A stretch of 51,137 nt of DNA from Gemmatimonas sp. Lineage in GTDB: Bacteria; Gemmatimonadota; Gemmatimonadetes; Gemmatimonadales; Gemmatimonadaceae. This document shows positions 38,793 to 46,035 of the stretch, in pieces. Both the position numbers and the translations under genes were made by a program. Under the pieces are notes generated by a model. It had not been told where the DNA came from. It searched no databases and was given only the letters and a program-made list of their open reading frames with translations. The number at the start of each line of letters is the position of its first letter. Within the stretch, counting starts at the first letter, position 1. The DNA is taken from NCBI GenBank assembly GCA_013822285.1, contig PNKF01000001.1:1-51137 (forward strand), written 5' to 3'.

Positions 38793-39352
38793 GCGGCAAT
38801 CGCCTCCACGAGGCGCGGCGTCGCCGCGGTGATCGCCGCGAAGGCGTGGTCGAAGTGCCAACGGCTGCGGTCGCGCTCTTCGATCTCATTGGAGATGGCG
38901 CGCACTTCGATGGCCGGCACGCCGGCAAGCTGTGCGGCTCGAAGCACCGCGAAACCCTCCATCGCTTCGACGTCGCAACCGACGCTCGCCCCGACCCGCG
39001 CGACCGTCGCAATGGGCAGCACGGGCGCCTGTGGCAGCGTCGCACGGACCGCGGCGAGCAGGCGTTCGTCAGGCCTGAGCTCCTGCGGCGCGAACTTCGC
39101 CGGTACCTGCAGGTCGGTGTACCGAGCCGCGCTCCCGATCACGAGCTGCGCCGGTCCGAGTGCGCTCGCGCGCCGTGCACCTGCGATGCCCACGTGCAGG
39201 ATCGCGGACGGGCGCATATCGGCCAACGCGGCCGCGACGTGTGCGGCGGCATCGACAGGGCCCACGCCACAGAGCAGCGTTGGGCATGCAAGGTCGTCCG
39301 CGAGTTCACGCGCGGTGGCGGCGACAACCAGCACATCGACGAGGGCAGCCAT
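38780..39352 (-). CDS. mqnB: Futalosine hydrolase-like nucleosidase (PNP/UDP family)
   Basis: Motifs VAAT..E, GVG...AA, GIAG, EAMEGFAV and EVRAISN...RDRSRW; adjacent to mqnD. Confidence 0.85.
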   Translation of the reverse strand: MAALVDVLVVAATARELADDLACPTLLCGVGPVDAAAHVAAALADMRPSAILHVGIAGARRASALGPAQLVIGSAARYTDLQVPAKFAPQELRPDERLLAAVRATLPQAPVLPIATVARVGASVGCDVEAMEGFAVLRAAQLAGVPAIEVRAISNEIEERDRSRWHFDHAFAAITAATPRLVEAIAACVR

Positions 39353-39369
39353 GGCGAGAAACTAATCCG

Positions 39370-40284
39370 TCACTGCGGCTGCGGTGCCCGCGCCGAGTCA
39401 GCGAGCCACAGGCGCTGCAGGAAGCGCAGCTGGTGCCGCAGCGCGTCGGCGCGCGCGGCGGGGTCCGGATCGGCCGCGTTCTCCTGGTCCCCGAGGTTGC
39501 GGCCGAGCAGATGGCCGAGCCCATCGTAGACACGCAGGTCACAGGTCTGCCGCTGCGCGGCGATGAGCAGGCAGAAGCGCTGCGCTCCACGCAGCGGCGT
39601 CAAGGAATCTTCCGCGCCTTGCACGAGCACCGTCGGCGGCAGGCCCGCACGCCCGTTGGCCGCCGGCGACACCTCGCGCGCGGACGCTCGGCCCTGCAGC
39701 AGCCGCCCGAAGTGCGCATCGCCCTCGACGTCCACGGCCGGCGAGAGCAAGAGCAGCGCGTCGGCCCCGGGTTCGTCGATCGCCTCAGGGCATCCGATCG
39801 TCACGGTGCTCGCCGCGAGATGCCCACCGGCCGAGACGCCGTAGAGCGCGACGCGCGACGCATCGACGCGGAGCGAATCGGCATGGAGGCGCGTCCATCG
39901 CAGCGCGGCGCAGACGTCGGCAATGGCCTCCAGCGGCGTCGTCGAGCCTTCGCTCAACCGATACTGCACGGCGAAGGCTTCGAATCCACCGGCGGCAAAG
40001 GCCGAGGCCGCCGAATACACCCAGCTGGGTTCCCCCGCCGACCAACCGCCGCCGTGCAGCAGCAGCACGGCAGGGCGGTTCGCGCTGTCCGCTCGAGGCG
40101 CGCCGAAGTGATGCAGGCGCAAGGTGTCGCTGCCGACCACGGCGTACGCCAACTGGGCCTGCGGTGCCGGCGACGGCGCCTCCGGGCCGGTCGCCCGGCA
40201 GGCTGACGCGCCGAGCATGAAGACCCAGCACGAGATGTGGCTCGCGATACGCGCGAGCCGAGCGTTGCAGGAGGAGGTCGGCAC
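39370..40284 (-). CDS. Alpha/beta hydrolase (HSL-like esterase), probable lipoprotein
   Basis: Oxyanion motif HGGGW, nucleophile GVSAGG, QGAED and GLGH; lipobox-like ASAC. Start uncertain. Confidence 0.85.
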   Translation of the reverse strand: MPTSSCNARLARIASHISCWVFMLGASACRATGPEAPSPAPQAQLAYAVVGSDTLRLHHFGAPRADSANRPAVLLLHGGGWSAGEPSWVYSAASAFAAGGFEAFAVQYRLSEGSTTPLEAIADVCAALRWTRLHADSLRVDASRVALYGVSAGGHLAASTVTIGCPEAIDEPGADALLLLSPAVDVEGDAHFGRLLQGRASAREVSPAANGRAGLPPTVLVQGAEDSLTPLRGAQRFCLLIAAQRQTCDLRVYDGLGHLLGRNLGDQENAADPDPAARADALRHQLRFLQRLWLADSARAPQPQ

Positions 40285-40359
40285 TATGGCAGCGAGAGGG
40301 GTGGGAGCGAACGAAATATCCACGGCTGCGATTGATTGCGCATCCATGAGCTCGACTGC

Positions 40360-41394
40360 ATGACTCATCTCGCGTCCCGCCGCGATGCGCGCGGCCGCTA
40401 TCTCAACACGCCGCCGAGTCGGCAGCCGAACGTCCTGCAGGTGCTGAAGGCACTCTGGACGGAGCGTGGCGCGGTCACCCGCCCACAGGCGCCGGTTCCC
40501 ATCGTCTCGCGCAGCGCCGACGATTTCCGTGTCGCACCCGTCGATGGCCTCCGCGTCACGTGGCTCGGGCACTCGAGCAGCATCGTGGAGATCGAGGGCC
40601 TGCGCGTCTTGATCGACCCCGTGTGGGCCGAACGCGCGTCGCCGTTTGGCTCTATCGGTCCGCGCCGTTTTCACGCCGCCCCGTTGCCGCTCGACGTACT
40701 GCCGTCGATCGATGCCGTGCTCCTGTCGCATGATCACTACGACCACCTCGATGCAGCCGCCGTGAGGCAGTTGGCCGCTCGGGGACTGCGATTCATCGTG
40801 CCCCGCGGGCTCGGCGCACACCTTGCGCGCTGGCGCGTACCTGCCGCGCAGGTCCAGGAGCTGGACTGGTGGGAAGACGCGCGCATCGGCGGCCTGCGGA
40901 TCGTCGCGACGCCGGCGCGGCATTTCAGCGGTCGGGCCTGGCACTTCGGCGATCGCGATCGCGCGCTGTGGTGCGGCTTCGCGCTGATCGGCGCTCAGCG
41001 GCGGTTCTACTACGCCGGAGACTCGTCCTACTTCGGCGGCTTCGCTGCGGTCGGCGCGGCCCTCGGGCCTTTTGATGCGGCGATGATCGAGATCGGTGCC
41101 TACTCGCAGGCTTGGCCGGATGTGCACATCGGACCGGAAGCGGCGGTGCGCGCCGCCCGCGAGGCGGGTGCTGCGGTGTTCCTGCCCGTGCATTGGGGCA
41201 CGTTCGACCTGGCATTCCATGGCTGGACCGAGCCGATCGAGCGCACGATTGTCGCGGCGGCCCAGCAGGCGCAGCCGATCGCGGTGCTCCGCCCCGGCGC
41301 GCAGTGGTCGCCGGGTGACGGCGCCTCCGTCGACCGCTGGTGGCCGTCGCTGCCATGGCGCAGCGCTGAGCAGTATCCGCTACCGATTCCCTAG
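40360..41394 (+). CDS. MBL-fold metallo-hydrolase (NAPE-PLD/RomA-like)
   Basis: Motifs TWLGHSS, IDPVW, SHDHYDHLD, PARHFSGR, YAGDS, EIGAY and HWGTF. Confidence 0.92.
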   Translation: MTHLASRRDARGRYLNTPPSRQPNVLQVLKALWTERGAVTRPQAPVPIVSRSADDFRVAPVDGLRVTWLGHSSSIVEIEGLRVLIDPVWAERASPFGSIGPRRFHAAPLPLDVLPSIDAVLLSHDHYDHLDAAAVRQLAARGLRFIVPRGLGAHLARWRVPAAQVQELDWWEDARIGGLRIVATPARHFSGRAWHFGDRDRALWCGFALIGAQRRFYYAGDSSYFGGFAAVGAALGPFDAAMIEIGAYSQAWPDVHIGPEAAVRAAREAGAAVFLPVHWGTFDLAFHGWTEPIERTIVAAAQQAQPIAVLRPGAQWSPGDGASVDRWWPSLPWRSAEQYPLPIP

Positions 41395-41436
41395 ATCGCT
41401 CTTGCTGTTCGGACACGCCTCGCCGCAACATTGGGC

Positions 41437-42090
41437 GTGGCCTATTCGCACGACAATCCCAGCGACAACGCCGCGGCGAAGTTCACCACCGACGGCACCT
41501 TGCACGGCCTGATCACGGCCGTGCTCAGCCTGTTCTTCACCGTCCTGCTGCAGGTGAAGGGCTATCTGCCCGGGAACATCCTCGTCCTGCCCGCCGGTGG
41601 AGCGGTCGGCTACTTCATCGGTCGGACGATTGCGCGCACGGCCTTCGGCGCCGGCGCCCAGCTCGTCACGTCCGTGTACTCGCCCAGCGGCGACACCACG
41701 AAGTACACGCCGACGTTCTCGCATATCGAGGCCTTGGAGATCAAGGGAGACCTCGAGGGCGCCGCGGCCGCATGGGAGCAGGCCGTCGCGGAGCATCCGG
41801 ACAGCATGCTCACCATTGTGCGCGCCGCGGACTTTCATCTGCGGCTCCGCCACGATCCCGAGGCGGCGCTGGAGCGATTCCTCCGCGCACGCGCACTCGG
41901 CGCCGGCACGCCCGACTCGCGCCGCTACGTGCAGCAGAAGATCGTCGACCTCTATCTCGGGCCGCTCAAGGACGACGGGCGCGCGATGGTCGAGCTGCGC
42001 CGGCTGATCGACGGCTTCCCGGGATCGCGCGAAGCCGACGGTGCGCGCGCCGCGCTCGCCGATATCAAGGCGCGCCGCGCGGCGTCTTGA
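41437..42090 (+). CDS. Hypothetical membrane protein with TPR-like helical C-domain
   Basis: Two N-terminal hydrophobic segments, then amphipathic helical repeats ending LIDGFPGSREA; GC-biased codon use. Start uncertain (GTG 41437 or TTG 41431). Confidence 0.7.
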   Translation: MAYSHDNPSDNAAAKFTTDGTLHGLITAVLSLFFTVLLQVKGYLPGNILVLPAGGAVGYFIGRTIARTAFGAGAQLVTSVYSPSGDTTKYTPTFSHIEALEIKGDLEGAAAAWEQAVAEHPDSMLTIVRAADFHLRLRHDPEAALERFLRARALGAGTPDSRRYVQQKIVDLYLGPLKDDGRAMVELRRLIDGFPGSREADGARAALADIKARRAAS

Positions 42091-42451
42091 GCCAGGCGAC
42101 GACGAAGAGCGCGCCAAGGGCAAGGTCGATCATGCCCAGCACGAACACCGCCATCGGGATGCGATCCAGCGCGAGCAGCACCACCGCCGCGCCGCCGAAG
42201 CTCAACTTCTCCAGCCAGGTCACCGGCATCAACGGCCGAAAGCGCACCGGATCCCGCGCGATCAAGAGGAATGCGAACTGCCACACCAGTGCCAGGCCGA
42301 CGAAGCCGTAGAAGTACTCGGGATGCGTGATGGCCGGCGGGAAGTCGCGATTCACCTGCTGCTCGAGGAAGTACTGCGGGGCCAGCGCGATGATGCCGTA
42401 GATCGCCGCGGCGGTGTACGCGCGCCGCGCGAAGCGGGGGGAAGGTGTCAT
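42065..42451 (-). CDS. Small four-TM membrane protein (128 aa)
   Basis: Four hydrophobic helices; HPEYFYGF...WQ.AF..IA.DP.R.RP.M....EK; TATACT box 6 nt upstream. Confidence 0.8.
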   Translation of the reverse strand: MTPSPRFARRAYTAAAIYGIIALAPQYFLEQQVNRDFPPAITHPEYFYGFVGLALVWQFAFLLIARDPVRFRPLMPVTWLEKLSFGGAAVVLLALDRIPMAVFVLGMIDLALGALFVVAWLKTPRGAP

Positions 42452-42471
42452 ACAGGAAGTATATTCTTCCC
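42452..42471. promoter_or_regulatory. Bidirectional leaderless promoter (overlapping -10 boxes)
   Basis: Sequence ACAGGAAGTATATTCTTCCC. Plus strand TATATT (42460-42465) lies 6 nt before GTG 42472; minus strand TATACT (42458-42463) lies 6 nt before ATG 42451; flanked by GGAAG/CTTCC. Confidence 0.7.
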
Positions 42472-42969
42472 GTGCTCACCCTCCTGCTCAAAAAGCACAG
42501 CGACGGCCGCACGGCGTTCACGCTCGAGCGCGCGGACGGCTCGCGCACCTGGCAACGGCAGGAACGCCACGCGGCCTTCTTCGCCGCGCACGATCTCACG
42601 CACTATGCGCTCGAGACCATCACGGGGCTGCGGCACGCGTTCTATGGGCTCGTCGCGCAGGGCTGGGACTTCGACGATTTCCTGCCGCCGTATCCGCGCG
42701 GTCCGCTAGGCGCTGAGGCGTTATGGGCCGAGACGTTGGTCGGCCTGCTCGATGTCGAGCGCGGGACCACGGCGCCAGGAGACACGATGATGAGCGCGGA
42801 GGAGTTCAACGCGCAATTGAGTGCGAAACTCGCTGACGCCGGACTCACCGCGCCACGCGCACTCGAAGAGGTCACGCTGCGCGCGATACGCATGCGGCGC
42901 GATGCGCTGATCGCCGAGTGGGAGGCGCTGCCGCGCGGCGAAACGCTGCGGCTCGTCATCGACGTGTGA
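42472..42969 (+). CDS. Hypothetical protein with HDxxHxxxE motif (165 aa)
   Basis: Typical codon bias; HDLTHYALE...FYGLVA.GW...AE.LV; start chosen from the TATATT box. Confidence 0.72.
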   Translation: MLTLLLKKHSDGRTAFTLERADGSRTWQRQERHAAFFAAHDLTHYALETITGLRHAFYGLVAQGWDFDDFLPPYPRGPLGAEALWAETLVGLLDVERGTTAPGDTMMSAEEFNAQLSAKLADAGLTAPRALEEVTLRAIRMRRDALIAEWEALPRGETLRLVIDV

Positions 42970-43134
42970 CGAACTGCGAGTGATTGGTGGACCGGTTCCG
43001 GACCCTCGCAGGCATCGTCCAGCGCTAATCAAGAACTAACGGAACCACGCCGCGCCGCTCGTGTTTACAGGGCACTCGCGCGTCGCACTCGCGATCGCGC
43101 ACATCGCTCATCCACACGATCAGGAGTAGTCGTC

Positions 43135-43641
43135 ATGCGATTCACCATCGCCGCGCTCGCGCTCGTCCTCGGCAGCACCGTCGCATCCGCGCAGCATGCG
43201 GGCCACACCGCCAACGGCCCGACGGCCGCGGCAAACAAGGACATCGTCACCGTCGCCGTGGAGGCCGGCTCGTTCACCACGCTGGCCGCAGCCCTGCAGG
43301 CCGCAGGTCTCGTCGAGACGCTGAAGGGCCCGGGTCCGTTCACGGTGTTCGCGCCGACCGATGCGGCGTTCGCCAAGCTGCCGGCGGGCACCGTGCAGGC
43401 GCTGCTCAATGACATCCCGCGCCTCCGCTCGATCCTCACCTATCACGTGGTCGCCGGCAAGGTCGAGGCCAAGGATGTCGTGAACCTCACGTCGGCCAAC
43501 ACGGTGCAGGGCTCGGCAATCAGCATCCGCGTCGTGGACGGCAAGGTGAAGATCAACGAGGCGACGGTCGTCACGCCGGATGTGCAGGCGTCGAACGGCG
43601 TCATCCATGTGATCGACACGGTCATCCTGCCGAAGAACTGA
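43135..43641 (+). CDS. Secreted fasciclin (FAS1) domain protein
   Basis: SD AGGAG; signal peptide; motifs [20 protein letters not shown] and [13 protein letters not shown]. Confidence 0.96.
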   Translation: MRFTIAALALVLGSTVASAQHAGHTANGPTAAANKDIVTVAVEAGSFTTLAAALQAAGLVETLKGPGPFTVFAPTDAAFAKLPAGTVQALLNDIPRLRSILTYHVVAGKVEAKDVVNLTSANTVQGSAISIRVVDGKVKINEATVVTPDVQASNGVIHVIDTVILPKN

Positions 43642-43658
43642 TCGGTCTGGCGGAACAC

Positions 43659-43697
43659 ACGCCCCCGTCGCCGACACATCGGCGACGGGGGCGTTGT
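43659..43697 (+). terminator. Terminator-like hairpin after the fasciclin gene
   Basis: 16-bp perfect stem ACGCCCCCGTCGCCGA-caca-TCGGCGACGGGGGCGT (43659-43694); weak U-tract. Confidence 0.7.
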
Positions 43698-43771
43698 GCG
43701 TCCGACACGCTGAGCGCGGCTCGGACGGCGTGGCTTGACTCGGTTCCTCTCAACCGGGACGTTTGTGGCCG

Positions 43772-45232
43772 ATGCGCGATCTCTATTTGCCGCCATGGGC
43801 CGTCCCGCTCGCCGTCGTCGTTGTGCTCGGCGCGGCGGCGCTCTGGCTCTGGCGCCGCTGGACGGCGCGACTCGCGCGACGCGCCATCCTGCGCTTCCGC
43901 GCGCGCATCGATCGCTTCAAGCTCACGGGCAAGCGCTACATCGTGCAGTCGCTGCTCGCCGACGAGCGCATCGCCGAGGCGGTGACCGCGCATGCGGCCG
44001 AGCACGGCGTCCCGCGCGCCCAGGTGTGGCGTCGCGTCGAGACCTATCTCGACGAGATCGTCCCCAGCTTCAACCTGTTCATGTACTACCAGTTCGGCTA
44101 CGCCATCTCCAAGGCGGCACTCGGACTGTTCTACAAGACGTCCATCCGCATCCGCGACCCCAAGGCCTTCGAGGCCCTGCCGCGCGAGAGCATCGTCATC
44201 TACGTGATGAACCACCGCAGCAATGCGGACTACGTGCTCGCGTCGTACGGACTCGCCGGCCAAGTGGCCATCTCGTATGCCGTCGGCGAGTGGGCGCGGG
44301 TGTTTCCGCTCGAGTACCTGTTCAAGTCGTTCGGCTCGTACTTCATTCGCCGCCGCTATCGCGAGCCGCTGTACCACGCGGTGCTCGAGCGCTATGTGCA
44401 GCTCATCACGCGCAACGGCGTGACGCAGGGTCTGTTCCCCGAGGGCGGACTCTCGCGCGACGGTCGCCTGCGTCCGGCGAAGATCGGCATGCTCGACTAC
44501 ATGATCGGCACCGCGCGCGAGCCGGGCTTCGCCGAGCGCATGTACGTCGTGCCGGTGGGGCTGAACTACGATCGCGTCCTCGAGGACCGTTCGTTGCTGC
44601 GGGAACTACGGACCAGCGAGGGCACGCCGGCCCCGTCACGCCTCGCGCAACTGCGCGAAGTCCTCAACTTTGCCGTCGGTAGCTTCGGGCGCATGGGCAC
44701 AGGTCGCTGGAAGCGCTACGGGCGCGCGGCGGTGGTGGTGGGCGAGCCGATCCCGCTCGCGCCGTGGCTCACGCAGGTCGCCGAAAACGGCGCAGCGCTC
44801 TTCCAGCGCGAGCGTCACGAACGCTTCGCCGAAGTGCAGCGCTTCTGCGACGACCTCATGCAGCGCATCGGTGCTGTCATGCCCGTGACTGCCGTGCCAA
44901 TGGTCTGTGCCGCGCTGCAGACCTTCGACCGCGAGATCGTCCCCGAGCAGGCACTCTTCGCACGCATCGAGGAGCTGCGCGACGTGTTGATTGCGCAGGG
45001 GGCCGAGGTCGTCGAGCCGCAGCGCGAAGCCGCCGAGACCTTCGAGCGTGCGTTCCGCATGCTGCGCATGCGCCGGGTGCTGCATCGCGAGGGCAGCGAT
45101 TTCGTGATCCTGCCGCGTGGGCGCGAGCTGATCTCGTATTACGCCAACGGCATCGCCCATCTCTGTGGTGCCTACGAGCAGCGGGTGCGCGCGCAGGACG
45201 CGCTGCCGGTGGACACGCTGGTGGGGATGTAG
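43772..45232 (+). CDS. Glycerol-3-phosphate/lysophospholipid acyltransferase (PlsB/PlsC superfamily)
   Basis: Block I NHRSNADY (HxxxxD), block II FIRR, block III FPEGGLSRDG, and VPVGLNYDRV.E; N-terminal TM helix. Confidence 0.9.
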   Translation: MRDLYLPPWAVPLAVVVVLGAAALWLWRRWTARLARRAILRFRARIDRFKLTGKRYIVQSLLADERIAEAVTAHAAEHGVPRAQVWRRVETYLDEIVPSFNLFMYYQFGYAISKAALGLFYKTSIRIRDPKAFEALPRESIVIYVMNHRSNADYVLASYGLAGQVAISYAVGEWARVFPLEYLFKSFGSYFIRRRYREPLYHAVLERYVQLITRNGVTQGLFPEGGLSRDGRLRPAKIGMLDYMIGTAREPGFAERMYVVPVGLNYDRVLEDRSLLRELRTSEGTPAPSRLAQLREVLNFAVGSFGRMGTGRWKRYGRAAVVVGEPIPLAPWLTQVAENGAALFQRERHERFAEVQRFCDDLMQRIGAVMPVTAVPMVCAALQTFDREIVPEQALFARIEELRDVLIAQGAEVVEPQREAAETFERAFRMLRMRRVLHREGSDFVILPRGRELISYYANGIAHLCGAYEQRVRAQDALPVDTLVGM

Positions 45233-45266
45233 GGCCTGCCGCCCGACTCCTGCGCGCGAGGACGCT

Positions 45267-45992
45267 CTACGGCGCCGCGGCGGGGTAGACCGTCGCCGTC
45301 AGCGATCCGGCCGAAAAATCGAGATACGCGTCCACCCGAATGATCCAGTCGCCGGCATCCGGCCGCCGGATCACGCAGCGCTCCGATCCCGTCTCGGTGA
45401 AGGAGGCGCAACGGTAGCTGTTCAAGAGCGGATACAGCTCGAACTCGAGGTACAGGTCGGGGTCGCCCGTCGCGTCGAGCGTCACCACCAGGGAATCCGC
45501 ATCGTTCGGCACGTTGATGCGGAACATCTCGAAGCCGCCGGAGCTCCCGCTCAAGCCAGTCAGCGCCACGCCGGAGCTGACCTCGCGCTCCCCCACCTGC
45601 TCGAAGAACTCCGCGCTCAGTTCAGCGTTGGTGAATGCGGTGTACCCGACCACCACCACGAACCAAATGCCGGGCGATGGCGCCTCGAAGATGCACTCCT
45701 CGACCGCAAACTCCGATTGCGAGACGCAGTCGTACTCGGTGGACGTCGGCGCGGCGCCGTAGCGCACCACAAGGTCCGCATCGCCGCCGAATCCGCCCAT
45801 CAAGAGTCGCAGCTTGCCGACGCCTTCGGGCACCGTCAGGCGATACGTGCGCTGCGAACCCTGTGCGCCGTTCAGCGTGACGGCGACACCCGGCTCCAAC
45901 ACCGACGGCGTCGATGGCGAGGTCGGCAGGCCCTCGTTGCAACCGAGGGCGGCGATGGCCAGGGCGAGAGGAATCCAGCGGCGGAAGCGCAT
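45267..45992 (-). CDS. Lipoprotein with two PPC (pre-peptidase C-terminal) domains (241 aa)
   Basis: Lipobox ALGC; two repeats GDADL.VRYG..PT...YDC......EEC.......G.W and GDPDLY......YRC......ERC.......G.W; TATACT box 5 nt upstream. Confidence 0.82.
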   Translation of the reverse strand: MRFRRWIPLALAIAALGCNEGLPTSPSTPSVLEPGVAVTLNGAQGSQRTYRLTVPEGVGKLRLLMGGFGGDADLVVRYGAAPTSTEYDCVSQSEFAVEECIFEAPSPGIWFVVVVGYTAFTNAELSAEFFEQVGEREVSSGVALTGLSGSSGGFEMFRINVPNDADSLVVTLDATGDPDLYLEFELYPLLNSYRCASFTETGSERCVIRRPDAGDWIIRVDAYLDFSAGSLTATVYPAAAP

Positions 45993-46035
45993 TCTAGAGT
46001 ATACCGCGCGGTCCGCCGGGAAGTTCACCGGCGGC

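Noticed and set aside
40285-41220. Long N-terminal extension on the alpha/beta hydrolase
   Set aside because: Mostly antisense to the MBL hydrolase; the signal-like sequence and catalytic motifs all lie below 40284.
40360-41394. Metallo-beta-lactamase resistance gene
   Set aside because: The motifs fit the NAPE-PLD/RomA-like subgroup and there is no signal peptide.
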